64,000 nt of DNA, taken from NCBI RefSeq assembly GCF_964213995.1, contig NC_135808.1, positions 31,124,001 through 31,188,000 on the forward strand, written 5' to 3'. The notes below the pieces were generated by a model, which was not told the DNA's origin, searched no databases, and worked only from the letters and a program-made list of their open reading frames with translations. Position 1 is the first letter of the stretch. Each line of letters begins with the position of its first letter. Both the position numbers and the translations under genes were made by a program. This DNA comes from Mustelus asterias. Lineage: Eukaryota. Below, in pieces: positions 48,366 through 62,365 of the stretch.

Positions 48366-49763
48366 CATGATGTGGAGATGCCGGCGTTGGACTGGGGTGA
48401 ACACAGTAAGAAGTTTAACAACACCAGGTTAAAGTCCAACAGGTTTATTTGGTAGCAAATGCCACTAGCTTTCGGAGCGCTGCCCTTCGTCAGGTGGAGT
48501 GGAGATCTCTGCTCACAAACAGGGCATACAGAGACACAAACTCAATTTACTGAATAATGATTGGAATGCATTCGTTACAGATAATCAAGTCTGAAAGGTA
48601 CAAACAATGTGAGTGGAGAGAGCATTAAGCACAGGTTAAAGAGATGTGTATTGTCTCCAGAAAGGACAGCCAGTGAGATTCTGCAAGTCCAGGCAAGCTG
48701 TGGGGGTTACCGATAGTGTGACATGAACCCAAGATCCCGGTTGAGGCCGTCCTCATGTGTGCAGAACTTGGCTATCAGTTTCTCCTCAACGACTCTGCGC
48801 TGTCGTGTGTCGTGAAGGCTGCCTTGGAGAATGCTTATGCAAAGATCAGAGGCCGAATGCCCATGACCGCTGAAGAGCTCCCCAACAAGAAGAGAACAGT
48901 CTTGCCTGGTGATTGTCGAGCCGTGCCGTGCCGAGCTGGGGCGGCACGTTAGCACAGTGGTTAGCACTGCTGCTTCACAGCTCCAGGGACCTGGGTTCGA
49001 TTCCCGGCTCGGGTCACTGTCTGTGTGGAGTTTGCACATTCTTCTCGTGTCTGCGTGGGTTTCCTCCGGGTGCTCCGGTTTCCTCCCACAGTCCAAAGAT
49101 GTGCGGGTTAGGTTGATTGGCCGTGCTAAAATTGCCCCTTAGTGTCTTGAGATGGGTAGGTTAGAGGGATTAGCGGGTAAATATGTAGGGATATGGGGGT
49201 AGGGCCTGGGTGGGATTGTGGTTGGTGTAGACTCGATGGGCCGAATGGCCTCTTTCTACACTGTAGGGTTTCTATGTTTCATTCATCCATTGTCGTAGCA
49301 TCTGCAGGTGTTCCCCAATGTACCATGCCTCGGGACATCCTTTCCTGCAGCGTATCAGGTAGACAACGTTGACTGAGTTGCAAGAGTATGTGCCGTGTAC
49401 CTGGTGGATGGTGTTCTCACATGAGATGGAGGCATCTGTGTCGATGATCCGGCACGTCTTGCAGAGGTTACTGTGGCAGGGTTGTGTGGTGTCATGGTCA
49501 CTGTACTCCTGAAGGCTGGGTAGTTTGCTTTAACCTGTGCTTAATGCTCTCTCCACTCACATTGTTTGTACCTTTAAGACTTGATTATCTGTAAAGACTG
49601 CATTCCAATCATTATTCTGTAAATTGAGTTTGTGTCTCTGTATGCTCTGTTTGTGAGCAGAGATCTCCACTCCACCTGACGAAGGGGCAGCGCTCCGAAA
49701 GCTCGTGGCATTTTCTACCAAATAAACCTGTTGGACTTTAACCTGGTGTTGTTAAACTTCTTA
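48366..49763. mobile_element. PLE 3' fragment with inverted terminal repeat and nested V-SINE
   Basis: TSD CTGCATGAACTGGT at 48352-48365 and 49764-49777. Hammerheads at 48462-48497 (-) and 49672-49708 (+). Confidence 0.9.
49672..49708 (+). ncRNA. Minimal type I hammerhead ribozyme motif (best copy)
   Basis: CCAC-CTGACGA-A-GGGGC(AGC)GCTCC-GAAA-GC-TC|GTGG. Predicted cleavage after C49704. Confidence 0.8.
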
Positions 49764-51909
49764 CTGCATGAACTGGTGTCAGAGGCACAGATCCTGTTTC
49801 CTCACCACAGCAGCAGTACAGTGAGCTGAGGGAATGGTGTGATCTGGAAAGCTCTGACCTGAACTCCTGGCTGCATTGCAGGGATTCAATATCATGGCCT
49901 TAGGACTAATCTGGGATTGATACAGGGCTATGGGAGGGGGGGCATATAGGAGAGAGGGGCCGAGGAATAGAAGAGCTGTGGGGTTAGTCTGGGATTGATA
50001 CAAAGCTATGGGGGCAGAGTGGGGCAGTGGGATTAGTTTGCAATTCATACAGGTCTATGGAAATAGAGTGATGCAGTGGGATTAGTTTGGGATGGATATG
50101 GGGCTATGAACTTAGAGCATAGAACAGTACAACACAGGAATAGGCCCTGTGGCCCACAGTGTTGTGCCAAACATGACACCCACTCCCTTCTGCCTGCCCT
50201 TGGTCCATATCCCTCTAATCCTTGCGTATACGTGTGCTTGTCTAAAAGTCCCTTAAATGCACCAACCAATAAAGGCAAGCATGCCATATGCCTTCTTTAC
50301 CTTCCTATCTATTTGTGTGGTCACTTTCAGGGAGCTATGGACTTGAACCCCAAGATCCCTCTGTACATCATTGCTGTTCAGGGTCCTGCCATTAACTGTA
50401 TACTTACCCTTAACATTTGATCTCCCAAAGTGCAGCACTTCACACTTGCCTGAATTAAACTCCTTCTGCCATTTTTCCGCCCATATCTGCAACTGATCTA
50501 TATCTCGCTGTATCCTTTGACAAGCTTCTACACTATTCACAACTGTGTCATCTGCAAACTTATTAACCCACCCATCTATGTTTTTATCCAAGTCATTTAT
50601 ATATAATCACAAACAGCAGAGGTCCCAGTGCGGATCCCTGCGAAACTGCACTAATCACAGACCTCCAGCCAGAAAAATATCCTTCCACATCTACTCTCTA
50701 ACTTTTATGGGCAAGTCAATTCTGAATACAAGCTGCCATGTCACCATGGATCCTATGCATCTTAATCTTCTGGATGAGCCCACCATGAGGGACCTTGTCG
50801 AAAGCCTTACTAAAATCCATGTAGACAACATCCACTGCTCTACCATCATCGATCACCTTCATCACCTCCTCGAAAACAATTAGTAAGACAAGACCTGCCC
50901 TGCACAAAGCCATGCTGACTTTCCCTAATGAGGAAATGCTTTGGGAAGACAGCACAGCAGTGGGATTTTTTTTTAATTCATTCGTGGGACATGGGCATCA
51001 CTGGCTGGCCAGCATTTATTGCCCATCCCCAGCTGCCCTCGGAGGGCAGTTGAGAGTCAACCACATTGCTGTGGCTCTGGAGTCACATGTAGGCCAGACC
51101 GGATAAGGACAGCAGATTTCCTTCCCTAAAGGATATTAGTGAGCCAATTGTCGGTTTTTTCCGACAATTGGCAAAGGTTTCATGGTCTTCAGGAGATTCT
51201 TAATTCCAGATATTGTTTATTGAATTAAGATTCCACTATCTGCCATGGCGAGATTTGAACCCGAATCCCCAGAACATTAGCTGAGTTTCTGGATTAATAG
51301 TCTTGTGATAATACCACTAGGCCATTGCCACCCCATAGCGTGGATTGTTAGCTGCGGGAAAAGAGTGAGGCAGTGGGGTTAGTTTGAGATCTAGGGCTAC
51401 GTGGAGAGAGCAGCACATTAAATGGGGACTGAGTGGGATTTTGCAATGAATTTGCTAGATCTCCCCCTCACATGTTATTTTCAGATATCCAAAATTACAG
51501 ATTATGTCTCTCCCAATATATCTAATTCTGTTGAATTCAAGAACAGAGTTGGGAATCCGACATATCTGAATGAAAACCTATCCTTAATTTAATTTTCTTA
51601 ATGTTTCTACTGTTGATCACATCACACTATTCTTGTGTGGATTATCAATGTTCTGCATTTTTACCCCCTCTGGAGTTTGACTTGAAGTTGTTCCATCAGA
51701 CTAACAACAAAAAGCAACGTCAACAGTCCCTAGAAACTGTCTGAGTCACTGAACCAGTTAAACCACTTCTCTCAGTGTCTAGTTTGGATTTCAATGGAGA
51801 GAAGCCAGTGATTAGAATTTATTTTACTGCTGCATTGAGTTACACATTATACCTGTGCCCCTTTCCCATTGTCCTCCAAAATAACCCGAAAGATCTGTTT
51901 CTTCCTCCA

Positions 51910-52109
51910 AGTAAGAAGTTTAACAACACCAGGTTAAAGTCCAACAGGTTTATTTGGTAGCAAAAGCCACACAAGCTTTCGAGGCTCTGAGCCCTCAGAG
52001 CCTCGAAAGCTTGTGTGGCTTTTGCTACCAAATAAACCTGTTGGACTTTAACCTGGTGTTGTTAAACTTCTTACTGTGTTTACCCCAGTCCAACGCCGGC
52101 ATCTCCACA
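51910..52109. mobile_element. Mini PLE forming a perfect hairpin (82-bp arms, 51910-52075)
   Basis: Arms meet at CTCTGAG-CC-CTCAGAG. TSD TCTTCCTCCAAG at 51900-51911 and 52110-52121. Confidence 0.9.
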
Positions 52110-53092
52110 TCTTCCTCCAAGACCAGTCATTCAGCCCTATCATTAGGCAGGCTTTGACCTGTGTCAATGTCACCTCTCTTAATTGCAACTCTTATTACCC
52201 TGTTGTTTTGCAATGCATTTTAACCATTGATGCTTTTTAATCTTTTTCTGAACCCTCCTCATTGTCCTTTAAACCTGTTTTAACATGCCAAGGTCTGTTT
52301 TGTCTTAGCCTCAAGCATCGTCAACAGATGCTGTTTACTGCGGTTTAACAGTTAATTACTTTCATCCCCAGTGAGTCATATCACAAGGGCAACACACATC
52401 CTTCCTCCGCAGGGGCCTCCTTGTTTCAATTAGCATGTCCGTGCAGGTCAACCGACAGAAACTTCAATATATTCAATCTAGCTTGGTAAATTGTAGCAAG
52501 CTTACAAAGAGAAAAATGAACTTAAAATCAAAACCAGTTCACTCTGCTTTTAGTTTTGGTCACCGTGTTATAAAAATGATAAAGGCACTGGAGAGAGAGA
52601 GAGACAGAGCAGAAATTTAGAAGGATGATACAGGAACTGCATGGGTACACATATCAGGAAAGGATTAACGGTTGTGTCTAAATGTTGCTGTCTAATACTT
52701 TTCAACAGGTTTATTTGGTTTACTTTAACCTGGTGTTGTGAGACTTCTTACTGTGTTTACCCCAGTCCAATGCCAGCATCTCCACATCATAATACTTTTC
52801 AATACAGTGAACTGAGAGGAGGGGAACTGTAGAGAATCCCCCCAGGCTGTATGACTCACACTGGATATATACAATGAATACATGTATCACAATTATACTG
52901 AAGCACCTCAGAATGCAACTTGATCTTTGTAGCCAATTTAAAAACTATTGCACCATCAGCATTGGCTATTTTGAAATGTCTGCGATGTTACTTTGACTGC
53001 ATTGAAGCACCTCAGCGTGTAACATGATCTATGTAGAGAACCTGAATATTATTGCACTGTGTGGGATAGCCATTATGAAATGTCTGTAATGT

Positions 53093-54130
53093 TAGAACAT
53101 AGAAAAGCTACAGCACAAACAGGCCCTTCGGCCCACAAATTGCGCCGAACATGTCCCTACCTACTAGGCTTACCTATAACCCTCTATCTTACTAACTTCC
53201 ATTAACTTATCCAAAAGTCTCTTAAAAGACCCAATCGAATCCGCCTCCACCACCACTACTGGCAGCCGATTCCACGCACCCACCACCCTCTGAGTGAAAA
53301 ACTTACCCCTAACATCTCCTCTGTACATACTCCCCAGCACCCTAAATCTGTGACCTTTTGTGGCAACCATTTCAGCCCTGGGTAAAAGCCTCTGAGAATC
53401 CACTCTATCAATACCTCTCAACATCTTATACACCTCTATCAGGTCACCTCTCATCCTTCGCTTCTCCAAGGAGAAAAGACCTAGCTCTCTCAACCTATCC
53501 TCATAAGGCATGCCACCTAATCCAGGCAACATCCTTGTAAATCTCCTCTGCACCCTTTCTATGACTTCCACATCCTTTCTGTAATGAGGCGACCAGAACT
53601 GGGCACAGTGCACCAGGTGGAGTCTGACCAGGGTCCTATACAGCTGCAGCATTATCTCCCAATTTCTAAACTCAATTCTTCTATTGATGAAGGCCAGTAT
53701 TCCATACATCTTCTTAACCACAGCCTCTACCTGCAATGCTGCTTTGAGCGTCCTATGAACCCGGACCCCAAGATCCTTCTGATCTTCCACACTGCCAAGC
53801 GTCTTACCCTTAATATTATATTCTTTCATCCTATTCGACCTGCCAAAATGAACCACCACATATTTATCTTGGTTGAAGTCCATCTGCCACTTCTCCGCCC
53901 AGTTTTGCGTCTTATCTATGTCTCGTTGCAACTGCTGACATCCCTCTACACTATCCACAACACCACCAACCTTTGTGTCATCAGCAAACTTGCCAACCCA
54001 TCCTTCCACTTCCTCATCCAGGTCATTTATAAAAATCACAAAGAGCAAGGGTCCCAGAACAGATCCCTGGGGCACTCCACTGGTGACCGACCTCCATGCT
54101 GAAAAAGACCCATCTACACCACTCCTTGCC
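53093..54130 (-). mobile_element. CR1 3' fragment with open RT C-terminal frame
   Basis: GVPQGSVLGP...FADDTK...FFTQRVVGAWNRLP in ORF 53170-54183. Confidence 0.9.
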
Positions 54131-57100
54131 TTGCCTCCTCCCAAAGATGTGCAGGTTAGGTGGATTGACCATGGTAAATGCACAGAGTTACAGAGATAAG
54201 GCAGGACAGTGAGCCTAGGTAGAGTGCCGCATTTGGAGTGTCAGTGCAGACTAAAAGGGCTGAATGGCCTCCTTCTGTTCCTATTTTCTATGTTTCTATG
54301 ATGGGCCAAAGGCCTCAATCTGCACTGTAGGTATTATAGAATCCCTACCATACAGAAGAGGGCCATTCGGCCCTTCGAGCCTGCACTGACAACAATCCCA
54401 CCCTATCCCCATCATCCCACAAATTTACCCTGCTAATCCCCCTGAAACTAAGATGAACTTGGTATGTCTTTTGACTGTGGGAGGAAACCAGAACACCTGG
54501 AGGAAACCCATGCAGACACGGGGAAAATGTGCAGACTCCACACAGATAGTGACCCAAGTCGGGAATTGAACCGTGGTCCCTGGCACTGTGAGGCAACTGT
54601 GCAAACCACTGTGCCACCATGGAATCCATGGTAGCTGTTGGGATATTGGACAGTTCCCACCTTCCTCACAGGCTGCTCAGTCTCCATTCTGGGCATCCTG
54701 GAGTAGATCATCATCCACAGTTAATGTCACCTGAATCAATCCTTTTCTAGCTTTATCTAACCCAGTCAGTGCTGGAAGTGCATCGTCCATTTTACTGCTG
54801 CATTCTTTGCTTGTGTTCAGCTGAACACAACCATAAGACTTGGTAATTCTGCTTTCAAACTGCTTCCAACCATTGGAGAATGGTCCCTACCCCTTTACAG
54901 CGATCTCAATCTGCCTTCCTGAAAGCTCTTGGCTTCAGAACCTCTTCTGATTTCAGAGGAGCCAACTGCGACTAATTGTAATTGTCACTGAAGACTTCTC
55001 AAAACTCTTTGGTTTTTTTTGTCCATCACTCTTCTCTCTGGGGAAAAGTAGCATCTGTGCTTGTTTAATTTGTCTCTCTCTCTCTCTGAGGGATAGAAGA
55101 AACATGTCTGACTTGTACAGAAATGAGCTTACCCTGGTCACAGTAATCATTTTTAGCTCTATTAAATCTCTCCCAAGCCTTTTCCTGCCCCACTGGAATT
55201 AATCCCCGAGGCACTAATCAGGGCAGAACCTGCTCCATCGCCCTTGGGTATTAATGGAGATCTTCACAAGCTACTGCTGGGACATCAGCGCCGTGTTCCA
55301 ATCAGTCAAAACTGAACATCGATTCACCCAGAGGCAACAATTAACAAGCACATGTGCATTAGAGAGAGGGATAAGAACAAGCCAGACTTCAATGAAGATT
55401 GTGAATCAATGCTGAACACTGTACAAAGAATATTGAAAAGACCTGGAGCTCCTTTATTGTTGAACCTCAGCCATTTACGAAGTTCTGTCAGAGTACGTGA
55501 CAAGCGACAGTTACATTGGACAAGTGAGGCAGTGGCAGAAATGCACGGACTCAGGGTGCCAGTGGAACAAGGAGGGACAAGTTGGAGCAACTTTTCAATT
55601 GAAATCATACAACAATGAGAAGGGCCATTCAGCCCTTTGTGTTCAGGGAGGGCTCTTTGAAAAAAATATGCAATTAGTCCCACATCACCGCAATGCTCCC
55701 CTTTACAAGCCTATATCCGATTTCCTTTAAATTTCCTTTGTTAAGGTGCAGAAGGAGGCCATCTGGCCCATCATGTCAGCACCTGCTCTCCAAACGAGCA
55801 TTAAGACAATGCCATTCCCCTGCCTTTTCTCTGTGCCCCGGTACATTGTTTCTATTCAAGTAATCATCAAATAACCTCTTGAATACCTCAATTGGACCTG
55901 CCTCCAACACACTTCCAGGCTGTGCATTTCTGACCTCAACCACTTGTGTGATAAAGTTTTTTCTGACATCATATATCCTCTTTTGCAAATCACTTTAAAT
56001 CTGTGCCCTCTTGTTCTTGATCATTTTATGAGCGGGAACATCTATCTCGCCCCTTCATGATTTTGAACATCCCAATCAAAACTTTTCTTAGCCTTCTTCT
56101 CTCCAAGGAGAACAGTCCCAACTTTGCCAATCTATCCTCATAACTGAATTTTCTCATCCCTGGAATGATTCTCCTGAACCTCTTTTGCACTCTTTCCACT
56201 TCCTATCTTGTGGCACCCAAAAGTATACTCAATACTCCAGCTGAGGTCTAACTCGTGTCCAGTATAAGTTCAGCATAACCTCCTTGCTCTTGTACTCAGT
56301 AGTATCCCAATTAATAAAGCCCCGAATACTATTTTCTTTATTACCTGCCCTCTTCACCTGTCCTTCCATCTTTAATGATCTATGCACATATACACCCAGG
56401 TCTCTCTCTCCTGCACCACCTTAAGGACCTTACCTCTTATTTTATATTGTCTCGCCATGTTCTTCCTACCAAACTCCAGCATCACACGCTTCTCTTCACT
56501 AAACATCATCTGCCACCTATCTGTCCACTCCACCAGCTTATCAATGTCCTTTTGAATTTCAGACGGCACATTCCGCCTTCCAACAATTCACGGTGTAAAC
56601 AAAAAATGGTCCTCATTTCTCCCCTGATTCTTTTGCTGAATAGCTGAAATCTTGCTGCTCTGATAACCAACCCTACCTACTCAACTAGAACCTCACAAAA
56701 CATTAAAGATGCCTCCTTGATCAGCACCCTATCCACAACATGACATTACCATCACTGAATCTCCCACTATCAAGATCCTGGAGGTTACCGTTGACCAGAA
56801 ACTCAACTGGACTAGCCATACAATATTGTGGCTTCAAGACCAAGACAGAGGCTTGGAGTCCTGTGGTATGTAACTTACCTCCCGACTCCCTAAAGTGAGT
56901 CCACCATCAATATGACACAAGTAAGGAGCATAATGGAATACTCCCCACTTGCCTGGATGGGTGCATCCCCAACAGCACTCAAGAAGCTCAACAGCATCCA
57001 GGACAAAGCAGCCCACTTGATTGGCACCCCTTCCACAAATATTCATTCCCTCCACCACCAATGCACAGTACCAGCCATGCGTACCATCTACAAGAGGCAC

Positions 57101-57972
57101 TGCAAGGCTCCTTAGGCAGCATCTTCCAAACCCATGACCACTTCCGTCTGAAAAGACAAAAGCAGAAGATACCTGGGAACACCAACATCTGGAGGCTTCC
57201 TGACAAGTCACTCACAATCCTGACTTGGAAATATATCGCCGTTACTTAACTGTCGCTGAGTCAAAATCCTGAAACTCCCTCCCCAACAGCACTGTGGCTG
57301 TACCTAGACTATAAGGACTGCAGCAGTTCAAGAAGGCATCTCACTACCACCTTCTCAAGGGCAATTAGGGGATGGGCAATAGATGCTAGCCTGGCCAGGG
57401 ATGCCCGAAACTCATGAACAAATAAAACAAGCAGTTTGATTAAGTCCTTCCATACTGTCACTGCTCTAACAATAACAATGCCAACTCCTCTAGCCTCTCC
57501 AAAAGGTATGAAAATCTTTGCAAGGGGTGGATTTTGGATCTGAGATTGTAAAAATATTGATAAGGGATTCTGGGCACCCACACATCAGGAAGGACACAGT
57601 TGGCTTTGGAGGGAGTGCAGCATACATTCACTAAGACTTAAGGGGTTAAATGAAGAGGACAGGTTCCATTTTGTATTCTTGAGTTTAGAGGTTTGAGGGG
57701 GTGATTTAACAGAAAATAGGATTCGCGAGGTGAGATACAGAGAAACTGCAACAAGGCCAAAAGACCATAAAACGTAGGAGCAGAGAGATAGGTCATTCAG
57801 CCCATCAAGTCTGCTTGCCATGCATTGAGACCATGAAACCATGACTGATCTGATATGATCATCCTTAACTCCACTTTCCCACCTTATGGGACGGCGCGGT
57901 AGTACAGTGGTTAGCACTGCTGCTTCACAGCGCCATGGACCTGTGTTCAATTCCCAGCCTGAGTCACTGGGA

Positions 57973-58963
57973 GGGCCCTATTTTACCAAAACTTCGCGCC
58001 TGTTTTCGGACGTGAAATCGCAGTAAAGTCGGGCGTCGGGCCTTTAACGCGATCTGCACCTGAATCCGAGCAGATCGCGGCTTTACCCGAATCGGGCGGC
58101 CCAACGATTTAAATGCATTTGCATGCATTTAAATCGACTTAATGAACCGCGCGCCCAACTCTACCACCAAATCCCACTTTACCATCTTCTGGCCCAATCC
58201 GGATTCACACTTTTAACGACCTGCTGAATAAAAGTCTGAGTCGGGCGCTCCAGCCTCTGAAGAGCGCGTTCAGTGTTTCCAACGGCTCTCTGACTCAGAT
58301 CAGTGGTGGGGGTGGGGTGGGGGTGGAGGCGGGTCAGATCATTCTCTAGTTGGCGGGGGGGAGGGGAGTGAGGTCAGATCGTTGTCTGGTTGGGGGGAGG
58401 GAGGAGGGGAGTGAGGTCAGATCGTTGTCTGGTTGGAGGGGGAGGAGGAGGAGGCGGGTCAGATGGATCTCGGGGAGGGGGGCAGATGGATCTCTGGTTG
58501 GGGGGCAGATGGATCTCTGGTGGGGGGAGGGGGGCAGGGGTGGCGATCGGTCTGGGTAATTGGGGGGGTGAATAAGGGGGACACACACACACATCACTGT
58601 CCCCCTTATCCACCAACCCCCGCTACCCAGACCGATCGCCACCCCTGCCACCCTCCCCCACCCCACCAGAGATCCATCTGCGCCGCCCCCCCACCCCCCT
58701 CCGAGATACACCCTCGCTGCCGCTTTTCACTCCCGGGCCACTTTCTCTGCTTTCTGCGGCCCGGGAGCAATCTGACACGGGCGCACTGCTTCAGATTTTT
58801 TTTCGAACTGCGCATCGTTCTGGCAGCGCTAAGCCCCGCCCACAGCACGGATCAGACTGGAGCCGGCAAAAAGCGTATGGGCGCGCTGCAAAGAGGATTC
58901 CGGGCTCGGATCTCTATTACGCCCGGATCCGGCCCTTAGGCTCCAAATGGTAAAATAGGGCCC
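57973..58963. mobile_element. GC-rich MITE with perfect 16-bp TIRs (PIF/Harbinger-like ends), inserted in a V-SINE
   Basis: GGGCCCTATTTTACCA at 57973-57988 and TGGTAAAATAGGGCCC at 58948-58963. Internal inverted repeat at ~58507-58680 around a (CA)n loop. Confidence 0.8.
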
Positions 58964-61024
58964 AGAGTGTGCACTGTGTGGAGTTTGCACATTCTTCCCG
59001 TGTCTACGTGGGTTTCTTCCAGGTGCTTCAGTTTCCTCCCATACTCTGAAAGACGTGGGAGGAAACCGGAGCATTGACCTGAACAGGTGCCGGACTGTGG
59101 CGACTCGGGGAATTTCAGAGTAACTTCATTGCAGTGTTAATGTAAGCCTTACTTGTGACTAATAAATATACTTTTACTTTTTATTTTACTTTTTGTTCCC
59201 ATAACCCTTGATTTCCTTACTGATTAAAAATCTCAGCCTTGGACACACTTAACAATCATCACTTAAGTGCACCAGCTTTCCAGCCACACATTCATCTGCT
59301 CTGTCCTCCTACTTATACATTCATTGGCATGTAGCACTGGGACCAGCCATTAGCCAATAAAATGGAACAGATACAAAGGGCCAAGTGGCATACTTCTGTT
59401 TCCATGTCACATTTTAGCACTCTTTGACCATTTTTCCAAAGATTGGGGGGGGGATAATCGTCCTTTAAGTACTGAATTAAAAAACAAAGGGCAGAATTTT
59501 CCATCCACCACTGGGATCCTCTAATCCCACCGATTGTCAGTGGATCTCTGGCGGGGCTGTGGCATCTCCCCGGCAAGTCCTGGTACAGTGAGGCCAAAAA
59601 ACATCGGTCAATGTGGAGCTACATCAATTGTAACAGAGATGAGTATTTATGGAACAGACTTTAGAAAAAAAAATCAGACATTAAATCTCTTCCCCATGAT
59701 CATTCGGGGGAAGAGAAACAGGGTCTCAGCCTGGGCTCCAGAGAAACTTTTCCACCATGGAATATCCCTGCCTCTGTTCATCTATTCATGGAGCTTGTTT
59801 CAAAGTGGAGAGGGAGGGAGAGATAGGCAGCAGCAGCTTAAAACAAAGAGACGGAAATACTGAAAACAGACAAAGCCACTCAGCATTACTGGAGTGGAGA
59901 GAATAGAATATCTACTTTCCCCACCCACAAAAGTGCAAACAGTTCTGTTCTCTTCATCGATGCTGACTGACCGACGATTGCAATTTTCTAAGTAACTGCC
60001 AGACTTAAGGGTGGGCCAGGAACCAAACCCCAGGTTCCTGGTGGACAGGAGACAAGAGTATAAAGAACCACAGCTCAACAGCTAGGGATCTAAATAGAGA
60101 CAACTAGAAGCGACACAATGGAAAAGGCATTGGTCCATGTACTGCCTGAAAGTGTGGTCGAAGCGGATTCAGTCATAGGTTTCATACAACAAACACCTGA
60201 AGGAAAATAAAATAATAAGACTATGGGGGCAGTGCCAGGGAGATGGTCTATCTGGATCACTCTTTGACAGACAGGGCACAGACGTGATGGAGCAAGTGAC
60301 CACCTCCTATGCTGGCTCATTCTCAAATTCTATGAACTATGAGAGCCCTTACTGAGATTCAGAAGGTTAGCAATTAAATCATTTGGTTTAACAAAAGCAT
60401 GACAAGAGGACCGTATAGGATGTTTCTATATTAATACATGAGCACATTATACTGATCAGAGGTCATGTGGCACAATGGATAGCATCCCTGCCTCTGCCCC
60501 AGAAGCTTGGGTTTCGAGTCCCATCCCAGGACTTAATGGCTAAGGAACCATAACCGTAATAACCATGGTTCATAACACAGCCAAAAAGGTTGTTTGCCAA
60601 TCCTTACAGCAGACACCAATAGCTGGCAGTAAAAGTGGGAGAGACACCTGATCAACCATGTAGGATGGGGAGTGCCCACTCCCACCCTCACAAGTTAGGA
60701 GCTTCAGACCACAAGATTGCAACATGTTCTCGGAAAAACTTTACTTTGGGAGCTGAAAGTGTGCCTTATGCACCAAGAGGTGCAGGAAGAGAAACAACAA
60801 TATTGTACTGATTGAAGTGAGCCCTGCTGGAACAACTGACGACTTTGTATGTTCACTTGCTGTAAATAATGCAGTTTACTGAGATTTCCAAATATCTTTG
60901 CGCACTCCTTTCGCAAAGGTGAGAGAGGAATTTGCAAAACACTAGGATATCTACTTGAGATCACAGAGGACTATTACTGTTACACATACAAGCTACACTA
61001 TTGCATAAACGGGTATTGGGCAGT

Positions 61025-62365
61025 ATTTGATTTGATTTATTATTGTCACATGTATTAGTATACAGTGAAAAGTATTGTTTCTTGCACGTTATACAGACAA
61101 AGTATACCATACACAGAGAAGGAAAGGAGAGGGTGCAGAATGTAGTGTTACAGTCATGGCTAGGGTGTAGAGAAAGAACAACTTAATATGATGTACATCA
61201 TTCAAAAGTCTGATGACAGCAGTAAAAAGCTGTTCTTTAGTCGGTTGGTACTTGGCCTCAGACTTCTGTATCTTTTTCCCAACGGTAGAAGGTGGAAGAT
61301 TTTCAAGTTTGCTGATGACACCACCATTGTGGGTCGGATCTCAAACAATGATGAGACACAGCACAGGAATGAGACAGAGAATCTGGTGAACTGGTGCGAT
61401 GACAAAAATCTCTCCCTCAATGTCAAGAAAACGAAGGACACAGTCATTAACTTCAGGAAGCATAGTGGAGGACATGCCACTGTCTACATCAATGGGGATG
61501 AAGTAGAAATGGTCAAGAGCTGCAAGTTTTTAGGTGTCCAGATCACCAACAACCTGTCCTGGCCCCTCCATGCTGATGCTAGTTAAGAAAGACCACCAAC
61601 TTTCGTAAGAGGCTAAGGAAATTTGGCATGTCCACTACAACTCATGAACTTCTACAGATGCACCATAGAAAGCATTCTTTCTGGTTGTATCACAGCTTGG
61701 TATGGCTCCTGCTCTGTCCAAGACCACAAGAAACTACAAAGGGTCATGAATGTAGCCCAATCCATCACTCAAATCAGCCTCCCATCCATTGATACTGTCT
61801 ACACTTCCTGCTGCCTCGGAAAAGCACCCAGCATTATCAAGGACCCCATGCAGCATGGACATACTCTCTTCCGCCTTCTTCCATCGGGAAAAAGATACAA
61901 GGGTCTGAGATTACGTATCAACCAACTCATAAAACAACTTCTTCCCTGCTGCCATCAGACTTTTGAATGGACTTACCTTGCATTAAGTTGACCTTTCTCT
62001 GCACCCTAGCTATGACTGTAGCACTGCATTCTGCACTCTCTCCTTTCCCTATGTACGGTATGCTTTGTCTGTATAGTGAACAAGAAACAATACTTTTCAC
62101 TGTGTACTAATACATGTGACGATAATAAATCAAATCAAATCAAATCAAATGGAAGAGAGTATGTCCGGGATGCGTGGGGTCTTTGATTATGCTGGCTGCT
62201 TTTCCAAGGGTGGGAAGTGTAGACAGAGTCAATGGATGGGAGGCTGGTATACGTGATAGACTGGGCTTCGTTCATGACACTTCATAGTTTCTTGAGGTCT
62301 TAGGCAGAGGAGGAGCCATACCACTCCATGATACAACCAGAAAGGATGCTTTCTATGATGCATCT
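61025..62365. mobile_element. Two Rex1-like LINE 3' fragments, a plus copy (61300-62149) nested in a minus copy
   Basis: KFADDTTIVGRI...NFYRCTIESILSGCITAWYG and (TCAAA)n tails. TSD TGGAAGA at 61293-61299 and 62150-62156. Confidence 0.85.

Noticed and set aside
58346-58939. Gly/Pro-rich overlapping ORFs
   Set aside because: Low-complexity G/C-run interior of a MITE.
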